A stretch of 24,000 nt of DNA from Lacunisphaera sp. (GTDB lineage Bacteria; Verrucomicrobiota; Verrucomicrobiia; Opitutales; Opitutaceae): assembly GCA_009695095.1 (NCBI GenBank), contig SIBQ01000004.1:21535-45534 (forward strand), given 5' to 3'. This document shows positions 1 through 8,063 of this stretch, piece by piece. The position numbers and the translations under genes are program-made. The stretch's first letter is position 1, and each line of letters opens with the position of its first letter. The notes under the pieces were generated by a model. The model ran no database searches, was not told where the DNA came from, and saw only the letters and a list, made by a program, of their open reading frames with translations.

Positions 1-1
1 C

Positions 2-526
2 GGCGACCTGGTGTTCACGTCCGACGCCCCGAAGTTTTCCACTGGCGAGCTGGTGGACATGCACACGACCAGCCGCACGTTTTCCGTCTATTATCCGGAT
101 ACCCGGCCCGGCTCCGACCGCTACACCATCGTCTGCTCGCTTAACTCCACCTACGCCGCCTGGAACAGCCTCAGCGAGGAGGAATACCAGAAGGAGAAGC
201 TCCGTCTGATTGAGGAGTCCATCAGCACGCTGGAGCGCCACATTCCGGACGTGCGCGCCAAGCTCGACTGGATCGAGGCCGCGACGCCGTGCACGATCGA
301 GTATTACACTCGGCACTGGGCGGGCACGTCGTTTGGCACCAAGTTCGAGGGCTTGAAGGTTTCCATGGAGCTGCCCAACCAGCTGCCGGGACTATTCCAC
401 GCCGGCTCCGTCGGCATCATCATGTCCGGCTGGCTCGGCACCATCAACTACGGCGTCATCGTGTCCAACCAGATGGACAAATACCTCGCCGAGATAAAAC
501 GCGCGGCCGAGGCTGTCAGCGCCTGA
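2..526 (+). CDS. NAD(P)/FAD-dependent oxidoreductase, phytoene-desaturase (CrtI)/amine-oxidase-like; C-terminal fragment, 5' end lies outside the window
   Basis: The reading frame is open from the window edge to TGA at 524-526. The tail ([18 protein letters not shown] ... [24 protein letters not shown]) resembles the C-terminal segment of CrtI-type flavoenzymes. The N-terminal dinucleotide-binding motif is not in the window, so the family call is by resemblance only. Confidence 0.65.
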   Translation, partial: GDLVFTSDAPKFSTGELVDMHTTSRTFSVYYPDTRPGSDRYTIVCSLNSTYAAWNSLSEEEYQKEKLRLIEESISTLERHIPDVRAKLDWIEAATPCTIEYYTRHWAGTSFGTKFEGLKVSMELPNQLPGLFHAGSVGIIMSGWLGTINYGVIVSNQMDKYLAEIKRAAEAVSA

Positions 527-537
527 CCAATCATCCC

Positions 538-975
538 GTGAGCCAAGTCACCGAACTCATCCCGCACCGGCCGCCGTTTCTCTTCATCGACGAGATCGTG
601 AGCCGGACGCCGGACTCCCTGACCGCCCGGCGCATCTGGCGGGCCGAGGAGGATTTTTATAAGGGCCATTATCCCGGTGCGCCCATCACGCCCGGCGTGC
701 TGCTGTGCGAGTCGGTGTTCCAGGCCGGGGCCTTGCTGCTGGCGGACAAGTTTGCCGGGCAGGGGACGCCAGACGGCGTGCCCTTGCTGGCCAAGGTGGA
801 GAGGGTGCGCTTTCGCAGCCCGGTCTACCCGGGCGACACGACTACCATCGACGTGAAGATCACGGCCAGGGCTGGCGGGTTCTACATGATGTCCGGCAAT
901 ATCAAAAATGGTGAAAAGCGCGTTCTGAACGTGGATTTTTCCGTGGCATGGAAGACGCCGGAGGGACTGGGATGA
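538..975 (+). CDS. FabZ/FabA-like 3-hydroxyacyl-ACP dehydratase (hotdog fold)
   Basis: GTG 538 is the first in-frame start after the upstream stop. The longer track ORF 289..975 overlaps gene 1 and was rejected. Motifs IPHRPPFLFIDEIV and YKGHYPGAPITPGVLLCESVFQ match the FabZ catalytic His/Glu signature. Length is about 145 aa. Confidence 0.8.
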   Translation: MSQVTELIPHRPPFLFIDEIVSRTPDSLTARRIWRAEEDFYKGHYPGAPITPGVLLCESVFQAGALLLADKFAGQGTPDGVPLLAKVERVRFRSPVYPGDTTTIDVKITARAGGFYMMSGNIKNGEKRVLNVDFSVAWKTPEGLG

Positions 976-1790
976 ACGACTTTCTCAATCTCTCCGGCAA
1001 GAACATCCTGGTGATGGGCGTTGCCAACAAGAAGAGCGTCGCCTGGGCCATCGGCAGGACGCTGGAGGAACAGGGCGCGCGGGTGATTTACAGCGTCCGC
1101 TCCGAGGCCCGCAAAAAATCCCTGGACACGCTGCTGGCCGGCCGGGCGGTTTTCGTGTGCGACGTGGAGGAGGAGCGTGCCTGCACGCGGCTGGCCGCGG
1201 AGCTCGGTGCGCTGGGGGAGGCGGGATTCATGCCGTTGCATGGCGTCGTGCACTCGATCGCGTTCGCAAACTACAGCGAGGGCTTCAAGTCTTTCACTGA
1301 AACCAAGCGGAAGGACTTTCTGCAGGCGATGGGGATCTCGGCCTTTTCACTGGTCGAGCTGGCCCAAGGGCTCAAGCCGCTCCTCGCCCGCAACGCCTCG
1401 GTCGTGACCATCGGCATTTCCTCACTGCAGGTGACGCCGGACAACTACGGTTACATGGGCCCGATCAAGGCGGCGCTGGAGTCGTGCAGCCGGTTCCTAG
1501 CGAAATCGTTCAGCGCTGACAGCGAGGTGCGCTTCAATGTCATCGGCCCCGGTCCGCTCAAGACCAGCGCGTCGGCCGGCATTCCGGGCTACCTTGAGAG
1601 CTATCTCTATGCGGAGAAATTGACTTTCCGGAAGCGCAACCTCGAGACGCAGGAGGTGGCCAATGCCGCGCTGTTCCTTCTTAGCGAGCGCAGCAGCGGC
1701 GTGAACGGCACAACGCTGGTCATCGACGCTGGGCTGGGTGCGAACTTCTTCGACAAGGACATCATCCGGCTGGCGATGCGGGAGAAATAA
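972..1790 (+). CDS. fabI: FabI-like enoyl-ACP reductase (SDR superfamily)
   Basis: ATG 972 overlaps the upstream TGA (ATGA at 972-975), with GGAGGGA at 960-966 as an SD. GKNILVMGVANKKSVAWAIG matches the FabI N-terminal motif. NYGYMGPIKAALE keeps the Tyr-x6-Lys catalytic pair. Length is about 272 aa. Whether this is the housekeeping copy or a pathway-specific copy is unknown. Confidence 0.8.
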   Translation: MNDFLNLSGKNILVMGVANKKSVAWAIGRTLEEQGARVIYSVRSEARKKSLDTLLAGRAVFVCDVEEERACTRLAAELGALGEAGFMPLHGVVHSIAFANYSEGFKSFTETKRKDFLQAMGISAFSLVELAQGLKPLLARNASVVTIGISSLQVTPDNYGYMGPIKAALESCSRFLAKSFSADSEVRFNVIGPGPLKTSASAGIPGYLESYLYAEKLTFRKRNLETQEVANAALFLLSERSSGVNGTTLVIDAGLGANFFDKDIIRLAMREK

Positions 1791-1796
1791 GCGGCC

Positions 1797-2831
1797 ATGC
1801 GCTTTCGCCACGCCTGCATCGAGTCTCTGGCGGCCGTGCTGCCGGATGAAACATGGACCTCGTCCGGGCTCGAGGAGCGGCTACGGCCGCTTTATGAGCG
1901 CTTGAAACTGCCGGCCGGGCGCCTCGAGTTGATGACGGGCATCAAGGAGCGGCGCATGTGGCCGGCGGGCACGAAGCCGTCGGATGCCAGCGCCAAGGCG
2001 GGCAAAGCCTTGCTCAAACAATCGTCTGTCAAACCGGGGCAGGTGGAGGTGTTCATCCACTGCGCCGTGTCACGCGACATGCTTGAGCCGGCCACGGCTT
2101 CGTTTGCCCACCACAAGATAGGGCTGGGGCCGCATGCGCAGATCTTTGACCTGTCGAACGCCTGCCTCGGGTTTCTCAACGGGCTGGTGGCGCTCGGCGC
2201 GATGATCGATGCCGGGCAGATCCGCTGCGGCATGGTGGTGGCGGGGGAAAACGGGCGGCCGCTTGTGGAGCAGACTATCGAGCATTTGCTGACCGCGCCA
2301 CTGAGCCGGAATGACATTAAGCCGTTTTTCGCCAACCTGACGATTGGCTCGGGTGCGGTGGCAGCGATTGTCTGCCATGAGGACATGCTGCCGGCCGGCC
2401 CGAAGCACCGATTGCTGGCGGGGGCCTGCCTGGCCGCCACGCAGCACAGCGAACTTTGCCAGGGCGACACGGCAGGCGTGGGACTCGCGATGCAGACCGA
2501 CTCGGAGCAACTCCTGCTGGCCGGCGTGGAAGTGGCCGTGGAGACCTGGGGGCTCTTCGAACAGGTGACCGGCTGGACACGCGCCACGCCGCAGTGCTTC
2601 ATTTGCCACCAAGTCGGCAGCACGCACCGCCGGAGACTCTATGAGACTGTCGGACTGGATTTGGGGAAGGATTTTTCGACCTTCGAGGCACTCGGCAACA
2701 CCGGTTCGGCCGCACTGCCGACAGCCTTGGCGCTGGCGGTGGAAAGCGGGGTGCTGAAGTCTGGGGACAAGGCCGCGTTGCTCGGCATCGGCAGCGGCAT
2801 CAACTGCCTGATGCTGGCGGTGGAATGGTGA
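1797..2831 (+). CDS. oleA: 3-oxoacyl-ACP synthase III (FabH) family protein, OleA-like head-to-head condensing enzyme
   Basis: ATG 1797 lies 6 nt after the fabI-like stop; the protein is 344 aa. The thiolase-fold triad candidates are Cys in FDLSNACLGF, His in FICHQVG and Asn in EALGNTGSA. VSRDMLEPATAS and the C-terminal ALLGIGSGINCLMLAVEW look like OleA as I recall it from Xanthomonas, not like FabH. No database search was possible. Confidence 0.7.
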   Translation: MRFRHACIESLAAVLPDETWTSSGLEERLRPLYERLKLPAGRLELMTGIKERRMWPAGTKPSDASAKAGKALLKQSSVKPGQVEVFIHCAVSRDMLEPATASFAHHKIGLGPHAQIFDLSNACLGFLNGLVALGAMIDAGQIRCGMVVAGENGRPLVEQTIEHLLTAPLSRNDIKPFFANLTIGSGAVAAIVCHEDMLPAGPKHRLLAGACLAATQHSELCQGDTAGVGLAMQTDSEQLLLAGVEVAVETWGLFEQVTGWTRATPQCFICHQVGSTHRRRLYETVGLDLGKDFSTFEALGNTGSAALPTALALAVESGVLKSGDKAALLGIGSGINCLMLAVEW

Positions 2832-2857
2832 AATCAAACCGAGCCAAGGAATTTATG

Positions 2858-2965
2858 GCCAAAAAAAGTCACAAGAATCCGCAGGCAAATTTGACTGACA
2901 AGGCGCCTATAGGCGCGCGGCAATCACCCGAAGACACGACAGGAATTTTTGTGACTTTTTGTGGC
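2858..2965. repeat. Compound inverted-repeat element in the oleA-like/oleB-like spacer: imperfect ~23-bp terminal arms plus a central perfect 14-bp palindrome
   Basis: The arms are GCCAAAAAAAGTCACAAGAATCC (2858-2880) and GGAATTTTTGTGACTTTTTGTGGC (2942-2965). They give 21 matches, 2 mismatches and 1 indel when one arm is reverse-complemented. GCGCCTATAGGCGC at 2903-2916 is a perfect palindrome almost concentric with the outer arms. The region is visibly less GC-rich than the flanking genes. Confidence 0.7.
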
Positions 2966-3008
2966 AAAAAGATCGGGTTGGAGCCCGCTTAGACTGAATG
3001 TTTCTAAT

Positions 3009-3893
3009 GTGAGCATATCTGCATCGCTTCCTGACTGGCTGGTTAAACTATACCCGTTTGAACCGAAGCGGTTCAATACCGGGCGCGGGTGGATGAGCTA
3101 TCTGGACGAAGGACATGGCGACGAGGCAATCGTGATGCTCCACGGCAACCCGACCTGGTCGTTCTATTACCGGAACCTGGTGCTGGGATTGCGCGGCAAG
3201 ATTCGCTGCATCGTGCCGGACCATCTCGGTTGCGGGCTGTCGGACAAGCCCCAGGGGTTCGATTACACCCTCGGGGAGCATACCAAGAACCTCCGGGCGC
3301 TGCTCGACAGCCTGAAGCTGAGGAAGATTCACCTGATCGTGCATGACTGGGGCGGGCCGATCGGCTTGGGGGCGGCCTTGGCCAAGCCGGAACAGCTCGG
3401 CCGGGTGGTCATCCTGAACACAGCCTCGTTTGCCGATGCACAGTTGCCGTGGCGCATCCGGTTATGCCGGATTCCGAGGCTGAGCGAATGGCTGGTGCGG
3501 GTTTTAAACGGTTTTGCCTGGCCGGCGACCCGAATGGCGGTCACCAAGCCGCTTAGTCCAGACGTGAAGCGCGGCTTTCTTTTTCCCTACAACAACTGGG
3601 CCAACCGGATCGCCACGCATCGTTTCGTGCAGGACATACCGATGGGCAAGGGCAGCGCCAGCGACCTGGCCTTGGCTGAAGTGGAGCGGAAGCTGGTTAT
3701 CTTGCGCGACCGTCCGGTCCGGATTCTGTGGGGTGGTCAGGATTTCTGCTTTAACCGGCATTACTACAACCGGTGGCGGGTGATACTCCCGGGGGCTAAT
3801 GCCGACTATTTTACGGAGGCAGGGCACTATGTACTTGAGGACGCCGGGCAGGAATGCCTCCAGCAGATACAGGAATTCCTCAATTTAGCCTAA
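3009..3893 (+). CDS. oleB: alpha/beta-fold hydrolase, haloalkane-dehalogenase-like (OleB-like)
   Basis: Motifs are LHGNPTWSFYYRNL, an Asp nucleophile elbow IVHDWGGPIG and a C-terminal AGHYVLED His. The start is uncertain. GTG 3009 gives MSISASLPDWLVKLYPF, the usual distance before the YPF motif. The track ORF starts at GTG 2961, which lies inside the repeat arm. Confidence 0.75.
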   Translation: MSISASLPDWLVKLYPFEPKRFNTGRGWMSYLDEGHGDEAIVMLHGNPTWSFYYRNLVLGLRGKIRCIVPDHLGCGLSDKPQGFDYTLGEHTKNLRALLDSLKLRKIHLIVHDWGGPIGLGAALAKPEQLGRVVILNTASFADAQLPWRIRLCRIPRLSEWLVRVLNGFAWPATRMAVTKPLSPDVKRGFLFPYNNWANRIATHRFVQDIPMGKGSASDLALAEVERKLVILRDRPVRILWGGQDFCFNRHYYNRWRVILPGANADYFTEAGHYVLEDAGQECLQQIQEFLNLA

Positions 3894-3985
3894 AACTCTC
3901 ATATTAGCGTAGATATATTATAGACATAATATCTATTGTGCGTATATTACCACCGTCATATCCTCCAGCCAGAGCCGTTTTCACG

Positions 3986-5305
3986 CTATTTGGCCGGTCC
4001 CCAGCGCTTGGTCAGCGGATAATAGATGAACAGCGGCCGGCCGACGACGTCCTTCTCCGGGACGAAGCCCCAATAGCGGCTGTCGGCGCTTTCTAGGGAA
4101 TTATCCCCCATCGCAAAAAACCTCCCGGCCGGGATCTTGAGCTGTTCGCCCTGGCCGAGATATTTCGCCCCGGAAAGTGCCGGGTTATAGTAACCCTGAT
4201 ATGGCGGTGTGCGCCGGGCATTTGCGGTAAACACCCCGGAACCCGTGATGGGCTGCTCGTTGCGCCACAGCCCGGGTTCCCTGATCTCCAGCACATCCCC
4301 GGGAGTCCCGACGAGCCGTTTGACGAAATACTGGTCGGTGCCGATATCGGGAATGTGGCGGGTCTGAAAAACAAACCCCTGCCCGACATGGGGCCGGATG
4401 AAATTATAGCTGAGTCGGTCCACAAAGAGCATGTCACCGGTCAGGATGTCGAACGACAGCACGGGTTCTCCTTTCTTGAACCTCAGGCCGGTGGGAATCC
4501 AGAAGATGCGTCGCTCCGTGGTTTGCCCGGCGGATTTCACCAGCATAATGGTCGATTCCAGTCTGCCCCGATTGCGCGCGGCAGCGGACACCAGCGCTAA
4601 CCACGAGGCGTGATCACCCTTCCGGGCGATCAAGTTGTTCAACACTTTCTCAATCCGAAAATCCTCTGTGCTGGTGCCGTCACCCGGGATGACAAGGCTG
4701 GTGGTCTCTCCACCAACCGAGATCTGGTATTGCCGCTCAGTGGTCGGAAATACGCCCAGGGTTTTTCCGGTGACCGTGGAAAAGGCCAGGTTACCTTCGG
4801 CAAATACAGGCAGCTTCAATTCCCCGTCCGCCGGGGTCACGGCCGAATAATGCCAGGCGCCGAGCGTGGCCAGGCGCCATACCTTGCGCAGGATGCCAGG
4901 CGTCTGTCCGGGGTTGTCGGTCTCATGAGTCTTGCCGTAATAGGTCGGCCACATTGAATTGGTCGGGATTTTGAACGGCTGCACGAAATACGCCCGCAGG
5001 CCGAGGATGACGATCGCGGCGACCAGGAAGAACTCCACGTTCTCGACCATGGAGGATACCGGGTAAAGCCGTCCGCCCGTGTCCCGCAAGGTGTCCTCCA
5101 GTGACTCGATCGCCAGCTTGAGCCTGCTGGCGTCGGCCCGCTCCTTCAGCCGCAGCTTCACCGCCCCGGCCGTGGTCAGCAGTTTCTGGTTCTGCCCGTC
5201 GGTGAGCAGGTCGCGGCGGAACTTGTAGACGCGATCGGCCACCTCGAGCCAGTTCTCGGCGTTCTGTCGCATCTTTTTCTGCTCGGAATAGAGGAAAGTG
5301 AACAT
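3986..5305 (-). CDS. lepB: Signal peptidase I (LepB), atypically long at 439 aa
   Basis: Ser box IPTNSMWPT, GDMLFVDRLSY, Lys box YFVKRLVGTPGD and C-terminal GDNSLESADSRYWGFVP are all present. There is one TM segment (FFLVAAIVILGLRAYF). The gene lies 5 nt downstream of lepA, the conserved lepA-lepB arrangement. Confidence 0.9.
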   Translation of the reverse strand: MFTFLYSEQKKMRQNAENWLEVADRVYKFRRDLLTDGQNQKLLTTAGAVKLRLKERADASRLKLAIESLEDTLRDTGGRLYPVSSMVENVEFFLVAAIVILGLRAYFVQPFKIPTNSMWPTYYGKTHETDNPGQTPGILRKVWRLATLGAWHYSAVTPADGELKLPVFAEGNLAFSTVTGKTLGVFPTTERQYQISVGGETTSLVIPGDGTSTEDFRIEKVLNNLIARKGDHASWLALVSAAARNRGRLESTIMLVKSAGQTTERRIFWIPTGLRFKKGEPVLSFDILTGDMLFVDRLSYNFIRPHVGQGFVFQTRHIPDIGTDQYFVKRLVGTPGDVLEIREPGLWRNEQPITGSGVFTANARRTPPYQGYYNPALSGAKYLGQGEQLKIPAGRFFAMGDNSLESADSRYWGFVPEKDVVGRPLFIYYPLTKRWGPAK

Positions 5306-5310
5306 GGGGG

Positions 5311-7113
5311 TTAGCTGTTGGTCTTCAAAACCTGGATGAAGGCATCTGGTGGGATCGAAACGCGGCCGATTTGTTTCATCTTCTTTTTGCCCTCCTTCTG
5401 TTTGTCGAGCAACTTCCGTTTGCGGGAGATGTCACCGCCATAGCACTTCGCCGTCACGTCCTTGCGCATCTCGCGGACATTGTCGCGGGCGATGATCTTG
5501 CCGCCGATGGCGGCCTGCACCGCGATCTTGAACATCTGGGGCGGGATGATGGCAGCCAGTTTCTCGCAAAGAGTGCGCCCCTGCCCCTCCGCCTTGGAGC
5601 GGTGCACGATGCTGGCGAAGGCGTCCACCGGGTCGCCATTCACGAGGATGTCCATCCGCACGAGGTCCGAGGCGCGATACTCACCAGGCGCGTAATCCAT
5701 GGAGCCGTAGCCGCGGGTGATGCTCTTCAGGCGGTCGTTGAAATCGACGAGGACTTCGTTGAGCGGCAGCGTGCAGTCGAGCATGACCCGCGCGCCGTCC
5801 AGGGTGGTCGTGTGGTCGCAACTGCCCCGCTTCTCCATCACCAGGCCCATGATGTCGCCCAGGAACTCATTCGGGAGGTGGATGGCCGCCTTGATGGTCG
5901 GCTCGCTGATTTCCAAAATCGTGCCCGGGTCCGGCAGGTTGACAGGATTGTCCACCTCGAGGACATCCCCGCCGTGTTTCTTCACCCGGTAGACCACACT
6001 CGGGTAGGTCGAGATGATCTCCACGGCATACTCGCGCCGGATGCGCTCCTGGATGACCTCCATGTGCAGCAGGCCGAGGAATCCGCACCGGAAACCGAAG
6101 CCCAGCGCCACCGAGGTCTCGTTCGAGTAGAGCAGCGCGGAGTCGTTCAACCGCAGCTTGCCCAGCGCAACCTTCAGCTTCTCGTAGTCGGAAGACTCCA
6201 GCGGATACAGCCCGCAATAGACCATCGGGTGCACCTCCTTGTAACCCGGCAGCATCTCGGCCGCCGGTTTGTTGGCGTGCGTGACGGTATCGCCCACCTT
6301 GATCTCCTCGACACTCTTGATGTTGCTGACGATGTAGCCGACGTCGCCGGGGCCGAGTTCCTTGCACTTGATCATGCCCGGGTGGAACATGCCGACCTCC
6401 TTGATCTCGGATTTCTGGCCCGAGCTCATGAGCATCATCATCTCCCCGCTGCGAAACGTGCCGGAAAAAACCCGCACGTGGGAGATGACGCCGCGATACG
6501 AGTCGTATTTCGAGTCAAACACCAGCATGCGGGTCGTCGGGTAATTGGTCCAGCGCGGCGGCGGGATGCGGGTTACGATTGCCTCTAGAATCTCCAGAAT
6601 GCCAATGCCGGACTTCCCGCTGGCGAGGATGGCCTCCTCGGCGGGAATGGTCAGGATGTCCTCCAACTGGCGCGTGCACAGCTCCAAATTGGCACTGGGC
6701 AGGTCGATCTTGTTGATGACCGGGATGACCTTGAGCCCCTGCGCGAAAGCCAGGTGCGCGTTCGCCACCGTCTGGGCCTCGACGCCCTGCGCCGCGTCGA
6801 TGAGCAGCAACGCACCCTCGCACGCTGCCAGCGAGCGGGAGACCTCGTAGGAGAAGTCCACATGGCCGGGCGTGTCCATGAGGTTCAGCTTGTAGATATT
6901 CCCGTCCTGCGCCGGGTAGGTCATGGTCACCGGGTGCATCTTGATGGTGATGCCCCGCTCCTTCTCCAGGTCCATCGAGTCGAGGTGCTGGGCGGTCATC
7001 ACGCGCTTCGTGATCGTGCTGGTGTATTCCAGCAGCCGGTCGGACAGCGTCGTCTTGCCGTGGTCAACGTGGGCAATTATGCAGAAATTGCGGGTAAGGG
7101 GCGCGTCTTTCAC
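5311..7113 (-). CDS. lepA: Elongation factor 4 (LepA), translational GTPase
   Basis: The 600-aa protein has NFCIIAHVDHGKTTLSDRLL (G1), DTPGHVDF (G3) and NKIDL (G4). The C-terminal region, ending ...QIGRVSIPPDAFIQVLKTNS, is consistent with a full-length LepA. The GTG start at 7113 overlaps the fabD stop. Confidence 0.97.
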   Translation of the reverse strand: MKDAPLTRNFCIIAHVDHGKTTLSDRLLEYTSTITKRVMTAQHLDSMDLEKERGITIKMHPVTMTYPAQDGNIYKLNLMDTPGHVDFSYEVSRSLAACEGALLLIDAAQGVEAQTVANAHLAFAQGLKVIPVINKIDLPSANLELCTRQLEDILTIPAEEAILASGKSGIGILEILEAIVTRIPPPRWTNYPTTRMLVFDSKYDSYRGVISHVRVFSGTFRSGEMMMLMSSGQKSEIKEVGMFHPGMIKCKELGPGDVGYIVSNIKSVEEIKVGDTVTHANKPAAEMLPGYKEVHPMVYCGLYPLESSDYEKLKVALGKLRLNDSALLYSNETSVALGFGFRCGFLGLLHMEVIQERIRREYAVEIISTYPSVVYRVKKHGGDVLEVDNPVNLPDPGTILEISEPTIKAAIHLPNEFLGDIMGLVMEKRGSCDHTTTLDGARVMLDCTLPLNEVLVDFNDRLKSITRGYGSMDYAPGEYRASDLVRMDILVNGDPVDAFASIVHRSKAEGQGRTLCEKLAAIIPPQMFKIAVQAAIGGKIIARDNVREMRKDVTAKCYGGDISRKRKLLDKQKEGKKKMKQIGRVSIPPDAFIQVLKTNS

Positions 7114-8018
7114 TTAGCAGGCACGTCGGCCAGTTCGGCAAAGCTTTTTACAATCCATGATTTCTCCGTGCGGCGGGCCAGGCCGGCCAGCACTCCGCCC
7201 GGGCCGCATTCCCAGAACTCCGTCGCCCCGACTGCCGCGCAAGCGCGCATGCAGTCTTCCCAGAGCACGGGCGACACGATCTGGCGGATGAGCGCTTCGC
7301 GGATCCGGGCCGGCTCGGCGACGACCTGCCCCGTGGTGTTGCTAAAGACGGCAAACCGGGGGCGGTTGAACGTCACTCCCGCGAGATAGGCGGCAAAGGC
7401 CGCGCTCGCCGGCTCCATCAGTCGGCTGTGGTAGGCACCAGCGACATTGAGTGGCACCACCTTCTTCATGCCTCGATCCTTGGCTGCCGCGACGGCCGCC
7501 CCAACCTTGGTCTTCTCGCCTGAGATGATGATCTGGCCGGGCGCGTTGAAATTGGCGGCCTCGATGTCGAAATCCCGGCAAAGCTCGGCCACCTTCGCGC
7601 GCTCCGCGCCGACGATGGCCGCCATGCCGCCAGTGGTCTTCTCACAGGCCAGCTGCATCAGCCGGCCGCGCTCTGCGACCACCTTGAGACCGGTGGCATA
7701 ATCAAAAACACCCGCCGCGGTCAGAGCTGTAATTTCACCCAAACTTAGGCCCATCGCGAATTTGATCTCGGGCAGTCGGACCTTTTCCCGCAAGACCGCC
7801 AACACCGCAAGCCCGTGCACCAGGAGCGCCGGCTGGCAGAGCCTGGTCTGGGTCAGTTCGGTCTCAGGACCGACAAAACTGATTGCGGCCAGATCCCAGC
7901 CCAGCACCCGGTTGGCCTCGTCGTAGACGGCGCGGGCGGCCGCGGAGCCGTCGTAAAGCGACTTCCCCATGCCCACCTTTTGGGCACCCTGCCCGGCGAA
8001 AATAAGCGCGAGTGACAT
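7110..8018 (-). CDS. fabD: Malonyl CoA-ACP transacylase
   Basis: MSLALIFAGQGAQKVGMG and the active-site GLSLGEITAL are present. ATG 8018 is preferred over the track start 8060 because FabD proteins begin just before the FxGQGxQ motif. Stop TGA at 7110-7112 overlaps the lepA GTG (GTGA). Confidence 0.92.
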   Translation of the reverse strand: MSLALIFAGQGAQKVGMGKSLYDGSAAARAVYDEANRVLGWDLAAISFVGPETELTQTRLCQPALLVHGLAVLAVLREKVRLPEIKFAMGLSLGEITALTAAGVFDYATGLKVVAERGRLMQLACEKTTGGMAAIVGAERAKVAELCRDFDIEAANFNAPGQIIISGEKTKVGAAVAAAKDRGMKKVVPLNVAGAYHSRLMEPASAAFAAYLAGVTFNRPRFAVFSNTTGQVVAEPARIREALIRQIVSPVLWEDCMRACAAVGATEFWECGPGGVLAGLARRTEKSWIVKSFAELADVPAK

Positions 8019-8063
8019 AGATGAAAGGGCGGTTAAACCGGTGCGCCGCCCAAAAACCAAGCC

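Noticed and set aside
289-537. N-terminal extensions of track ORFs that overlap the preceding gene: 289-975, 8064-9215 and 12300-13508.
   Set aside because: The extensions are out-of-frame read-through over strongly supported genes (flavoenzyme, pilT-like, ECF sigma) and are Arg/Pro-rich. Internal starts at 538, 8969 and 13001 give proteins of normal length with sensible N-termini and start/stop coupling.
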